Assembly (NCBI GenBank): GCA_973851085.1
Contig: OZ316775.1
Span: 20,460,001-20,524,000, forward strand
Direction of reading: 5' to 3'
DNA: 64,000 bases
Origin: Ptychomitrium polyphyllum
Lineage: Eukaryota
Below the pieces are notes generated by a model. The model was given only the letters and a program-made list of their open reading frames with translations. It ran no database searches and had not been told where the DNA came from. Position numbers and translations under genes: made by a program. Every line of letters starts with the position of its first letter. The first letter of the stretch is position 1. Shown piece by piece: positions 1-14,134 of the stretch.

Positions 1-1998
1 ATTTTTTTTTAAATGTATTAATACATAGAGTTTGAGAACTATCATCAACTTTTTGAGTTTATATAAGAATGTGCATTGTTTGATATATGCCATATTTAAA
101 TTTAAAAATATGACACAATAACATTATTTATAATTGATGGTTTTAAATTTTTTTCTTATGCCAATAAGTTGATAAATGTGAAGCCAAAAAAAATAGTACT
201 TAAATTAAACATGTTAATATTAATATTTAAAAAATCTAAAGTATGAAGTAATGAACACTAATAACAAAATTTTATTGTACATTTAAAAATATAATATCTA
301 AAATTCTAATATATAGATACATTCATCATTTCAAAATTTACAACTTATTTTAAAAAAACCAATGCTAAATTGTTGACCTAAATTATATTCTATAGTTGAT
401 TAATCTTCAAAAAATAAATCAATTGAACCATTAAACTCAAACTTCAAATAGAAAGTAGATAACGTAACATTTTATTAGCATCTTGATGCTAATGCCAAGC
501 TAAAAAACCACCTAAAATAAATATTTAGTTAAATTATGGCATCTCCAAATTTTTGATCATTTGTAGAAGTTCCAAAGCAATTGCAATGCACAACAAGCAA
601 AAACAAATCTATCTCCTTGTACCTTTGTTCTTTTGTTCTTCCAACTTCTATTTACATTTGTTTGCTTCTTCATCCCCTTTTGTCCTTGTTATATGTTCTC
701 CTTCTTTGTCCTCATTATTTATCCCTCTTCTTCATCCCACTTCTTTGTCATCCCCATTTGATGTCCCCTTCTTTGTCGCCGTTCTTTGTCCCGTCCGCCC
801 TCGTCCCGCTTCGTCTTTTTGGTTACGACCTCTATCCGCGCTCAGTCCGCCAACGTCACCTTGAGATTGAGCGTCACCAGGGCAGGACGTCCACATAGAA
901 CCTGGGGACTGGATCCTAGAATGCAAAAGCCATGGAGTGATGGTGCAGCTACAGGTTACAGAGGATGGATGAGGGCAGGGAACGCGATCGATGGACGAAG
1001 TAGATAAGGACGAATGAGTTGGGAGCATCACGCTTCTGAGTCCAGCCACCAGAAAGCCGCCGGGGTTGCATGTTGAAGGAATGTTAGCGAAAGCAGAAAT
1101 CGAATTCCAAAGGCGTGGACTCGCAGATGGAAAAGCCCCGAGACTTGGGAAGTCAACTTTCAAACATTGTGGGCTCATTTCTTTCCGTCGCTAGAGTTAG
1201 AAGCTAGACTTAAGCTCCTTTCCAGCTTCATGTGATGTCAGGGTTTCTTTGATATTGATTCCTCTCTACCTTAGTCGATCGTTTCGCAGGATTTCTTGCA
1301 GATCGACTCACCTCTACCGCTAGCTGGGCACATGCTGCGGTCGGTCCTGTGGATATGTTTAGAGTTTTCTAGACGAGTACCGGTAGCAGAAGGCTGGATC
1401 CTGTGCAGTTTTGTAGCTGCTTGGATGGTTTAACTGGAGTTGTTCCCAACTGTAAGACTTAGAGCTATGTTCAACAAGAAGAATCGAAGTACTGCTTCGT
1501 CTCTGATTCAAACAGGTAGCTTGAAGCTGACTGCCTCATTGTTGTCTTTGATTGATCAAAAAGTATAAGTCAGTCAGCAAGCAGATTTTACTTGGACATG
1601 TCTGGGGAGTTGTCGAGTTTGCATCAGGCTTTGCATTGGACCAGGTCTTGCGAATATTGGTGTGTGGTCTTGCGTTCGTTAACTTTATCGAACGTAGAAG
1701 GCCACAGTGACATACATTCCAGAGCGTTTGTGTGTATGTCCGTCAGAGAAAGAGTCGTGTTTGTTTGATTGATTGTTATCGACGGACTCTGGTTTTTCTC
1801 TTACCAGAACATGTCTTTCTCTTTGCGGCCTCGGCTATGGCCGGTTGCATAGCCTTTACATGCCTTTGTATAGCCTAACCCTTCTTGTGTTTTTGTGAAT
1901 GTGCATTAACAGAGGAAGTGTAAGCTGTCAATATTGCAAAAGGGAGGTAGTTAGAGGCATTTTCATTTTGCAGTTCTTTTGCATCATTGACTGCAGCC

Positions 1999-3983
1999 AT
2001 GGCGACGAAGTATACCGACATGGCGACTTTACTCGATGACACTCTTCAAACTGACGGTGGCCACTCCAGAGTTTCGAAAACAAAGATTGTTTGCACTTTG
2101 GGCCCCAAATCGAGAGAGGTGCCGATTCTTGAGAAGCTCTTGAAGGCGGGCATGAATGTCGCCCGTTTCAACTTCTCACATGGAACATTCGAATATCATC
2201 AACACACTCTTGATAATCTTAGGCAGGCCCAGCAGAACACTGGCATCATGTGTGCTGTACTTCTGGACACTAAGGTAATTACTTGGTCTTTCATTCCATC
2301 TTCGCAGCTAGTATGTCTCCTTTAGTACAAGCATGATAACCCTCGTTTCCAGCTAAAACCAAGTCCCAAACATTATTCAAGGTCGAGTTGCAAAGACATT
2401 GTGTGAACAATGGTTGTATTCTTCATTATTGATTTGTGTTTGATTACATCCAAATCAGGGACCTGAAATCCGAACAGGCCAACATAAGACTGGCAAGCCT
2501 ATGAAGCTCATTCGTGGCAAGGAGATTTGGATCACCACGGACTACGGCCAATTGGGTGACGAGAACATGATATCTATGAGCTACCCCAAGCTTGCGGAAC
2601 ACGTAGAGCCTGGAACTGAGATTCTGTGCTCGGACGGAACCATCACACTGACAGTTCTAGAATGTGACATTGCGAGAGGTATGGTGAGGTGCAGGTGTGA
2701 CAACACAACCATGCTTGGAGAGAAGAAGAATGTAAATCTACCCGGAATTGTGGTCGACTTGCCGACCATCACCACGAAGGATATTGATGATATTGTACAT
2801 TGGGGCATTCCCAACAATATTGATTTTATTGCTGCTTCCTTCGTGAGAAAGGGAGAGGATATCAAGAAAATCAAAGCGCTTCTTGGACCCCACGCAAAGA
2901 CAATTCAAATCATTTCCAAGGTACTCGGGCTGTAATCCTCCTCCTCCGCTGAAGTCAATGGCTCTTGTCAAGCACATTATCTTCAGATTTCGAATTCTTT
3001 TCTTCTTGCAGCTGTATTTGAATTTAATTTCCCACTCATGCAGGTGGAGAATCAAGAGGGGCTGGTCAACTTTGATGACATTCTGAAAGAAACTGACGGG
3101 ATCATGGTAGCAAGGGGCGACCTGGGCATGGAGATTCCCACCGAGAAGATCTTCATGGCACAGAAGATGATGATCTACAAGTGCAACTCTGCAGGAAAAC
3201 CTGTGATTACAGCGACCCAAATGCTCGAGTCCATGATCAAGTACCCTCGTCCCACTCGCGCAGAAGCCACAGACGTGGCCAATGCCGTTCTCGACGGGAC
3301 CGACTGTGTCATGCTAAGTGGAGAGACTGCCAACGGCTCATACCCCGACCTCGCGGTAAGCGTCTCCTCACACTAGCCCTAACCAAACCTAACCCGTCCA
3401 ATCCCAACCCATTTCACCAATCCCTAAAGCTTCAATACACTGTCCTCCCCTGCAGGTTGCGGTGATGTCGCGCATCTGCCAAGAAGCCGAAGCCTCTCTA
3501 GATTACTCAGCAATCTACAAACACATCATGAGCAGAGTCCCCCTGCCCATGAGCCCCTTGGAGAGCCTCGCCTCGTCCGCAGTTCGAACCGCAAAGAAAG
3601 TCCGTGCGTCTCTCATCATAGTCCTCACGCGCGGAGGCACCACCGCCAAGCTGGTCGCGAAGTACCGCCCTTCCATGCCCATCCTCTCCGTCGCCGTCCC
3701 AGTTCTCACCACCGACAGCCTCACCTGGTCGTGCAGCGAGGAGTCGCCGGCAAGACACAGCCTTGTGTGCAGAGGCCTTCTCCCTCTCCTCGCCGAAGGA
3801 GCAGCCAAAGCCACTGATGCGGAATCCACCGACGCCATCTTGAGCGCAGCTCTCGACCACGCCCTGAAACGCAGGCTGTGTGTAGTCGGCGACTCCATCG
3901 TTGCATTGCACCGCATCGGCGCTGCCAATGTCATCAAGATCGTGGAAGTGAAGGAGAAGGTCATCAAGACGGCCGTCAAATGA
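1999..3983 (+). CDS. PK: Cytosolic pyruvate kinase; 4 exons (1999-2274, 2459-2920, 3044-3355, 3456-3983)
   Basis: Diagnostic motifs [59 protein letters not shown] and [14 protein letters not shown] introns keep the frame. No transit peptide. Confidence 0.97.
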
Positions 3984-5137
3984 TCGGCTATTCATCGCAT
4001 TGCACCGCACAGTCGTCGCCAACGATTAGATCGTCGCGGAGATCAGGAGAGTCGGTCCTAAGACCGTTGATGTGCTCATGACCGCGGTTGCCGCCGTGGA
4101 CCGGTCCAGTGTCTAGGAATTTTGTAGAATTTTGTTGAAGTTGTTGTACGGACGTTTTTGCGGCGCATTTCAGCTGAATGTTGAGTTTGCATCATTGGGC
4201 ACAAGAGTACATCGGTGCTTTCTTTGCAAGTTTCTATGAAGGGGCGGTTAGTATTTTAAATTTAGATAATTGACATTATTTTCGTAGGCACTGAGTTCTA
4301 TTATAGGAGTGTATTATAGGGTATTTATGTGATTAGTTATTAATTGTTCATTCTTGCCTTTAAGGCTATCTATTATGTTTTGTGGTTATAGAAGAGGATA
4401 AAGAGTAAATTTGTAGTTGAGATTGACTTTAATAGGGGTTAAAGATCATATTTGTTCTTATTTGCAATTTTATATGTAATTTAAGGTTGATATTTCAACA
4501 TTAAGTTAGTATTTTGGATTTATAAAGTCAATTTTATAAATAATCTTATTTGTATGGATGTTAGATCCTTGGTACTTTTAGTAAACTAAATCTATTTTTT
4601 TGGAAAAAATTAAAAAATTATAGATGAATTAAACTTTCTTTTCCAAAACTTGGAGTTGAAATAATTTACTCCAAACTACCAAACATTAAAACCATGACGA
4701 AAAACTTAAGATGCGCTTGCAATTTATCTAAACCAAAGTACAAACATGTTAGAAGCTAGATGATATTTTCCTAACATTAAATGTCTTATCATTATCAAAG
4801 AAGAACCTACAACATCCTCAAGAAATAAAATGATTTAAATTACATGGAACATCTGAAGTATCAAGAAACGTTATACGACCCCAAAAACGGTTACTAAACT
4901 CTAAAACCATACAAAGTAACGCTTGCCCCTTCCAAGAGTTCCTATAACCGTCCTGTGCACAGAAATATGGAGGAACGGTCTCTTCGTTCAAGCAGCGATG
5001 GGCTCTTCTTCGTTTTCATGCCCGTGCCCGTGCCCGTACCCATGCCCGAGCAGAAAGTTTTTCAGAGGCTGCCCGTTGTTACGCAGAGCGTCGCGTTCGC
5101 GTTCGCGAGACAGCGGAGGTCTCGTCGCGTCTAGACA

Positions 5138-5145
5138 ATTCGCGC
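5138..5145 (+). promoter_or_regulatory. Possible E2F-type element (ATTCGCGC) upstream of the histone-fold gene
   Basis: Matches WTTSSCSS in a GC-rich island about 1 kb upstream of a DPB3-like gene. The motif is short and may occur by chance. Confidence 0.25.
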
Positions 5146-6101
5146 GCGACGGAGACCGCGACCGCGACGCAACGCCTTGGACGCGTCCTGTTTTGCTGCG
5201 CTTTCGTCGCCTGCAAACCATCGCGATGCTACTAGTGCTGCTGCCATCGTGCACTTCCAACTCACTCACCATTGTTTCCCTGGCGAGTCCTCGTCACCAC
5301 GTCTTTCTGACCTGACCTGCGCTGCGCCGCTTATCCACCTTGCTTGTTAGCTACCCTCTGGCTTTCGATTTTCTTTTCTTACATGATGCTGGTCACGTGC
5401 ATTGGGCGTGGTGGAGGTTCAACCAGCGTTTGTAGTCTGGTGCAGAGGTGGTGATCGCTTGATGGTGGTGTGAATCCCTGTGAGTGGTTTGGTTTGAGAG
5501 TTTATGAAGTGGGGGGAGCTGGTGCGGGGGGCGTAATTGAAGCAGGTGGGTGCTGTATTGAGGTGGGAGGTGACGGATTTTGAAGAGCCTCGTGGTGGAG
5601 GCGTTTGGATTTTGGTCTGAGGTGACTCCAGAAGAAAGCTGAGGTGAGCTTTGTGCTAGTTTCTGTGAATTTGGCATGGGTTCGAGGGAGTTTCTCTCGC
5701 TGCGATCGCTTTGACGTGTGTGGGTACCTAGGGTTTGCTAGTAAATCACGCTCGAATCGGTGTTGTGTGTGTGTTTTCCTTTAACGCAGTGTTTACAGAT
5801 AAATTTTTGACTCGTGAAGGAAATTTTCAATTTAGAGGTTTACTGATTTTATTCTTCGTTGAGGCTTATAATATAGGATTAATAATATAGCATTAGCGCG
5901 TGTCAAAATCCACATTTGTTTAATGTGATGCGGTTTTGAAAAGAGTGTGACGGAGGAGTGAACACGTGATTCCTGGCTTCTCAATGTTCTCTTTTACCAG
6001 ATTGGGAAGTGATCCAACAAGCCACGGAGTAGCATTCGAAGGGGATCAAACAGGGTACAAGAGTGACAAATTATCATATATTTCTCTTCTGAAGTTCCAT
6101 C

Positions 6102-7214
6102 ATGAGCACCTCAAACTCAGAGTCTGAGTTGCAGAAGTCGGGCGAGGAAGACGAGAGGACAAAGAATGGACATGTGCATGAGGAGAATGGAAACGCGAAC
6201 AAGAACGGAGCTTCAGCGCCTTGGCGTGCGTCCGGCAGAGCTGGGAAGTCACTACTCACGCTGGCCTTTCCCGTTTCAAGGGTACGCAGGCTTGTGAAGA
6301 GCGGGGCCAACGCGCAATGGGTGGGCGTGGAGGCTAGCTTTCTCATCGCTAAAGCCGCTGTGAGTACCATGATTCACAAAACTAGAGAACTCTCATGGAG
6401 GCATTATTTGTGACCACAATATGTAAACTTGCGACATTGTTTTATGATATTGTCAGGACATGCGTGCTCGTCTGCATTCGAGGTACCATGGTTCCATGAT
6501 TTTTGTTTTCTGCACTGAGCAAATAGCAACGAAGTTTTGGCTGTGAAGGTGGATGGTTAGAATTTTTCTATGTTGGATGCAGGAATTTTTTTTGGAGAAG
6601 ATGGTTGACGATGCGTTTGACAAGATGCTTGACAAGCGACAACATTCGATTCTTTACCCTCATCTCTGTACGCGAGAGTTTCGTTTTCATGTTCACCATC
6701 ACTACTAGTCTCCTAGAAATAGTCTGATCGTTGAGTACTCACTGAAGTCGTAGCGCTTGTCCTTTCAAACATTTCATAGGATGTATAGGAGTAGGTGTTT
6801 TCTATTCATATGTAGAATCATGCTTGTACCTGTATTTTTCGTGGCTTTCAAGTAGGGGAGTTGAAATTTGGGTTATGGATCTTTATTGATTCTACTTTGC
6901 TCACGTTGCATATGTTCCTTGGTTTATTTGTTGCTTATTTTTCAGCGACTCACGTTGCGAGCTCAGAGAAGCTGGAATTTCTATCAGGTCAGCTTTTCAA
7001 ATTTCTGGGGTTCACCGAACGGTCGTGCTCGTCGTCATTGTCAAAATTGGCGTCTCTTAAATCATTCTTCTACGAAATTGCAATATCGTTCGTGGAAGTG
7101 GACCGATTATTTTTCCTCACGTGGGTGGTGTTTTGGCTATGATCTGCAGATTTCGTGCCTAGGACGATTCCAGGAGCAACCGCACTTGCCAACATAAAAA
7201 TGCCAAACCAGTAG
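6102..7214 (+). CDS. Small histone-fold protein, NF-YC/DPB3 (POLE4/CHRAC)-like; exons 6102-6359, 6583-6667, 6946-6987, 7150-7214
   Basis: Spliced product FPVSRVRRLVK...EASFLIAKAA|EFFLEKMVDDAF...SILYPHL|STHVASSEKLEFLS|DFVP matches the H2A-like histone fold of DPB3/NF-YC proteins. Splice sites are canonical. Confidence 0.88.
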
Positions 7215-7695
7215 CAGGTCATTTATTACATGGGTACATTTATGGGTAGTATTTCCGGTTGTCAGGGTTTGATCACGGTGCAATTATGAGTCCCCGGAGA
7301 TGCATGAAGATTGTGATACAAGTATTATATTACCACAAAATTTGACAATCGTGTATTGAGAATCATACAGAAATAAACACCGAGTGGAAATATTTAATAC
7401 AATGACTCGTGAGGCCATTTTGAAAGTAGCATTACTGCTTTGTCATCACAATAACATAGCAATACACAATTATGTATCGGTACATAGCCGGGATTAGTGG
7501 TACTGAGCAAACTGGGCAAGAACATTATTATCTGGTTTACCCAAAAACTGCTTACTTATACAGCGGGGTTACAAAATCTCTAGAAACAACAGAGCTTAAA
7601 CAAGCGAATCTTATCTGGGTTTAGGAGGGTATGATCTAACCAAATCTGGATGCTATGATAAGGAACCTACCATTATCATGCCATTATTTACATGC

Positions 7696-10600
7696 TTACA
7701 GAACGTCTCTAATGCCAGCTACAGATGCCCGAGAATCTCCAATGTGGTTTGCATACTTCTGATACAGCATGATAGCAATTTCCAATGCATCACCCGTTGC
7801 TGTAATAGGATACAAGTTTGATGCAGCTTGCCATTCATTTGTTAACGCGATCCATTCTCGTCGCCATTCCTGAAAAGCAAAGGGCGTGTCCCCATGGAGA
7901 GACTGCTTCAAGTACTTGAGGTATATTGAAGCCCTTGGAAGGTAGTAATCACGCGTCAAACCACTCCACATCTTATTTCCTGTTACATATATAGAGAACA
8001 TTTAGAGAAGCTGATGTTTATTCAATGACTAACAAATGTTTTGTTCACTGCAACTGAAGGAATTATAATCCCTTGAAGCAAGGATGGATAATAATGTTAC
8101 ATCTGGTTCTTGTGGCAACTGAATTTCCGTCTATACACATGTATTTGGTGATGTTTATCAGACTAGCGTTTCTGTGATAATATCACCACGACCTGGATTA
8201 AACAAGCACATGTAATTCTGCTTACCGTAATCGTGAAGTGGGCTTGGCTTTTCAGGAGTATTGTCAAACCACATTGTAATCTGCGTTCTCGCATTCCATT
8301 CGTACTGAGACAACCAGGACAAATATTATATTACTACAAAATTTGCACGACTGGTTAGTAACATGTATGTTCTAGAAAGAGCTGTTGCTCAGGGTGATTT
8401 AAAAACAGCCTTCCAAACTTACGAGCTTCTTCTCATCGTCAGTTGTTGCAAGTGCCTTGGCACTTTCCAGCCAAGGTCCAAGTAAAAATTCCTCGCTGGC
8501 ACCAAGTAATTCATCCATATCAGAGAGAAGCTCCAACAGGAGACGGCTTGAATTGTCCATTTTCTCAATGTTGGACAGTCTATATTCTTCCATAATCTGT
8601 GAGTGAAGCTGGTTGGCCAGCTTTGACAGCACTTGTCGCGTCAGATCTACAACATCATACCTGCCGATTGATAGCCATGTAGTCAGCAAAAACCAAATTA
8701 AAATTGCAGCAGAACATTTTACTAGACTTAGTGCTAGAGGCCACAGATACATCAAAGATTAGAAATTTCGCTTGTGGATTAGAATCTAACGTGTGAAGTA
8801 CTATCCTAGAGTAGTACGATTTGGATGCTTGCCTACATATATATGGCGGGGAATTTAAAAAAAAAAAACTTCTGATAAAAGTCAACCTGTAAGGCTTGCT
8901 CAAGCTCAATGCATCAGCTGAGGCAAGGAGATACTGTAAAGCCTCAGCAGCATCTTGTGGAGAGTACCACATGTGCTGAGGATGAACCAGTAGTTGCTGT
9001 CTTGATAAAGGCTGATGCTGACTAACAACATCCCTTCCACCTGATCTCTTGCGCAATGGATCTTGAGAAAAAGACACGAGTTTCTTCGGACTATAATCAG
9101 GAAATTCAACTATGACATCTCCATTATGGTCCTGCCAGAATCATAGGAGGAAAGAAAAGAAGAGACATGAGCGCTTCGGGCACACATAGCATGCTAGATG
9201 GTAATAGATATTTGGTGTAAAGCTTTCACAAGAAACACGAGCATTCAAGAACAGAGAGAAGGAAAAAGCAGTATTTGGAAATGCAACCTGCAGTTGATAC
9301 ATATAATAAGGACCAGAAAGCAACGAGCACAGCAAACAAATTTCAAGCAGGAGAGAATAATTCAGAAGCTTACTGCAATTCCATCAGAGCAGTTATATAT
9401 AGAATGGTGTAATATCTTCCATGCTATTCGTGCACCAGCTGTGGATTCTCCATATCGTCTCCTTGCATATGTCTCAATCCAGTCCTACACAGCGCAGCCA
9501 ACAAGCCTAAGAACACATATTTGCAAGTGCTCTGTTTCTCAAAACGCGTCTTGTATTCCACACCATAAGTTGGTCATTGACATCATCGCCTGCTCAATGA
9601 AGTAGTAGCACTCTTCATCAGATATATAAGTTCTGCTAGCTGCGACATGACATTGTTATACAAACTTGCTCTGATCCTACCACACCACAAGATCCTACCG
9701 GATTCCGTGGTTTGAGTACTGTTCGAAACTTCATTACTGAGGAGGACCCTATTATTTTCTCCTCTCAAATGTTTGCTCCATAAAATCCGTAAATACAGAA
9801 TACGGAAAAATGCACTATGAATTACACATTGCAGAGTTGCAAATGCAATTATTAAATAAAAGTATGTGGGAGGATAATAACTGACCTCGACATTGATAGT
9901 TGCATTATGAAATGCCATTTCAGCCATTAGGTCATACACAACTGGATTCTGCTCAATGCCTTCCATACACATCCCTATGCCCACCTAGATAAATAATCCC
10001 ACAACTGCCAAACTCAATCCAAAGACCAGAGGCAAACACAGCAAGCCTTGATAAACTTAAAAATATTCCATCAAATATTCATAGACAATCTTAATGAAAT
10101 TACTTCCTATCCGACAATAACGGAGAACGACAAGTTGTGGCTGCTGGGATTCGAGCCCAGGTCTCGACGGCCACAACGTGGAATTCTTACCACTAAACTA
10201 CAGCCACATTTAATACCCTGTTGAGGAGAACCTACGCTACCCATTCCAACACCAAACTTCCATGGCACTGACTAAATAATAGCAGAGTTTCAGGAGGGAG
10301 TTGCTACTTACCATAGTAGAATTGGGGCTGGTAGCCGCTTCGATTGGTCCAGAACCCACGATGTTCAGATTTCCGTACATTTCTATGTTACCGCCGAAAT
10401 TGTGCAACATACACCTGCGTATGCACGAAGTCAACTGAGCGCACTACAGACATGTTTTCATGCAATTACGTACTGCTTTTGTATCTTAGCAACAGTCATC
10501 CAAGAATAATCGTGAAGGGCCCTTATGTCCACAGCAGATTAAGAAGTCGTGCAAACGGGTTTAGAGCTGAGAACATTCTAGCCACTAGTCAAGTCCTGAT

Positions 10601-13600
10601 GAAACTTTAGGATGTTCCTACGCTGTCACGTTTTCTCACGGCAGTGTAAGAATGATATTTACCATATATACGGAATGCCATAGAAGTGATCTGACCGCGA
10701 CCATATTGGTTTCACCTCTGCGAAAAGGTCCAACACTACCATTTTCCCGACTGGGACCGAATGTAGCAAAGCCTGAGTAGAAAACACGAAATTAAAGTCA
10801 ACGACTAGCGAACATAAAGAAAACTACCATAACAAACGATAAAATCTTTTTTCTAATCAGGCACACGATAAAAGAAGCATAGTTAGTCAACCTTCATCTG
10901 TGGAGGCTTCCAAAATTGATCATCTGAAGAAAACAACCAACCCTGCATGAATACAACTTCAAAGTCAATGGAAAAGCATCAGGAAAAAAAGTGAATACAT
11001 AACAGGCATAACGGTTGGCATTCAAAGATCGTTTCAGTCAAAACTTTAAGCATTATCTGCACATGTCAAACGAAGCAGCAAAACAGAAACATGGAGAATA
11101 CAACATCTTTCTCATCGAAGTAAGGCTGTAAATATACACAAAATCAGTTATTAACAAATGCCCTTAGTTGCAAGTTCAGCATCCTTTGAGATGCAAAAAG
11201 GATGGGTTGGCCTTGCCTGCATGAGCCAGATTGCGTCTTCGTCAGCAGCATTCATGGCTTTATACACAATTGCACCAAGAGCTGAGATATAGGACGGATC
11301 ATCTGTCGGTGGTTGATTCTCATTGAAGGTGTCACTACAAAATGAATTAATTAATTCAGGTACACTAACTAACATCAAACGATAATTGAAATAGCCAAAA
11401 GGCCAAAGGTCAAATCGAAATCGTAGTAGATATCATCGTTAGTGTTGTTCATCAAGGTGCACAAGCAAAAGCTGTGGACATAAAAACTGAATTCTATGGA
11501 ACCAGTAGTGCTCACCAGTTATAAATGTGTTGAGTTCCACCATACTCTACAACAATCGTTGTAAGCCAGGTTAATTAGTACGAGGCGAAAAGCTCTTCCA
11601 TTCTAAACCATCTTCATATAAACATTAATAATTCAGAAACACCATGATGTGCAGAAGGTGAAGAGTCTTATACATGCAGAGTTCATAACCAGAGCAAACG
11701 TTACGTAATAAACAAAAGCATCAAGATCATCAACAGAACTCGGGGATTTAGAAACACTATACATTCGTAATACAGACATGGAACATCTACCGCAACTTAT
11801 TAAATAACTTAGGATGAGAAGTATTGTGAACCTTTGATCTGTTGGAGGATAAAAGCCTTTCCGATTTCCACAAATAATGGGTCATTAGGGTCCAAGAGGA
11901 AAGTACAGCAATATCGCATATCACCATCCACTGTGTTCCTGCTCAGATAGCATTTGCATGTTGTTGGCATGATCTTACTAAATCCTACAGTAATTACCCT
12001 TATACGCTTCACATTTTAGTACTATGAAAGACGTTTTGGATAAGGAATAACCAGCTGGAGAGAAATAAATGTACAATCTACAGCCCCTGTGACCAAGAGC
12101 GACATTCAATGGTACCGACATCTAGATAAGAAACAGATGTAAGGTGAGGTTGGAAGGCGGTAAGAAAAGATCCTGGCTTCATGAGAATGTGAGTAGTGCT
12201 TTAGTCGAACAACCAAGATTTGAAAAGAAAGGGAAGAAGACCAAACCATTCTCCTAAACGAGTGACCTTCGCTGAAGGAAATTTCTTGGCGATGGCAGCG
12301 GGAACATTACCCGCAAATGCTGGTAAAACTGCAATATATGAAATTTGTATATTAACGTGGTGATATCCATATGCCAGATAATGCAGTGCAAGTCTAAAGC
12401 CTTTCATCAAAGTATGGTTCAAACACTGAAGTGGTAGCTGTGAAAATGCTGATGCAGACGCTCGCTAAGACTGCAACAGTAAAGAAGATGACTAAAACAG
12501 TACCTACCTGGTGTCATCCCAAGCTCCCGCATGCGCCCCAAGATTTTGATCTGTAGCTGCAACTGTTGATCTAGCCATGTTTGTGGTAATGGGCCTCCCC
12601 ACCTGCCAATTGCGTATATTTTACACAAATACATATTTTGATTTCGGCATAACCAAATCTAACTCTTCAGTAAGCCCGATAGTGCTTTATGCTTATCATG
12701 AATAAACTAAGACATGCCGACTCTGTAAAACTTCACAATTGGTCTTGGTGAAACAAAGAATTGAGATTAATGACGGTAACAATCTGTAGGAATCATGGAA
12801 ACATTGAGGCAAAGTCTATTACCTCTTTAAATTACCCATTCGCGCCCAGGCAAGAAAAGCTGGTCCCCCAAAGTAGTCATCCAATTCAGCCTTTGTGAAA
12901 TTGAAGGCTCCACTCTGTCAATACCTTCCGCACCACTCAGTCCAAAGTAACAAACAAGTTCATTATTACGGTGGGTTCGCTGATTTCCAATTCCAGCCAG
13001 ACTTGCCCAAAAAGCATATGTAATACTTGCCAACAGCATCTAGAAATGTTTCTAAAGGCCTTTGTTTCATCTGCTTAAGGCCCACAGTGCATTTTGTCTT
13101 CTCTACTAATGATAGGATATGTAGGCTTGATGCAGGCAGCAGGTGTACTGTTGACTCTCAATATGAAAATAATCAGCAGAAAAGTTGATTGCACTTCAAG
13201 ACAGACAATTTAAAAACTTTTACTAAGTGCTCGCCAACTTTCTAATATTTTCGAAAGTTTATTAGCTGAAATCTAGTATGTCTGCCAGCATACTCCAATA
13301 ACAAGTGTTCCTACTTGAAAATTTATCTGTAACCCGGTTCGAAAACTATTCAAGAATCCAACACACCTGGAAGACCTTCTGCCATATAGCCTCTTGCCCT
13401 GTAAACGCAAGAGGTAAATTGATCCCTTGCAAGGCCATCCAGTCTATCTCTTTCTCCCATCGCTCCCATGTCCACCATACATAGGAATCTACGAAATGCA
13501 TGTGAATCAGAATGCTCCTAAGGAACATAAATAGAGACATATTGATTCTACTTCTTAAGTTCGCACATTATATTTGCGCGGTTCCTTCAAAATTTTGTAA

Positions 13601-14073
13601 ACATTGCCCGGTCTTCAGATCCTAAAAGTAATAAAATCGAGCAAACTGAAAGTACAGTCACCTTTGGTACCGTAACCTCAGCTATCAGGTGAGTCGATTC
13701 TGAAAAAACTACACTTTCTACATCCCTCCATTTCCAACAGACAAAGTTATCAAAACCTAAACAATGACCCAACGTGTATCGGGAACATACAGCTTGACGT
13801 GACAACGTTTTGGTAGTAGTTCCATTCAACAGGCCGTTGAATTGTCTGGGTGCCATATGGTACGCGTGGGAGGGATCCAGGATTATATACTGTATCAAGC
13901 TGTGCTCCACCGGTCTTATCCCAAGATATATGCACACCACACCAGTGTTTCAAGTACCAGTGCAGACCAGCACAGAGCTCTACGCCCGTTGTCCCCAAAA
14001 TCCTGCATTCACTTAGTTAGCAAGTTGCACAAAACGTGTAATTATATATACACACACATATATATACATATAT

Positions 14074-14134
<61 letters not shown>

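Noticed and set aside
553..1178. Several overlapping ORFs over a pyrimidine-rich CTTCTTTGTC-type tract
   Set aside because: Low-complexity translation with no recognisable domain; probably promoter or leader sequence of pyruvate kinase.
3507..4022. Long antisense ORFs over pyruvate kinase exon 4
   Set aside because: Shadow frames of a GC-rich coding exon.
4923..5315. 130-aa ORF with CPCPCP and RSRSRD repeats
   Set aside because: Translation of short GC-rich promoter repeats; non-ATG start and no homology recognised.
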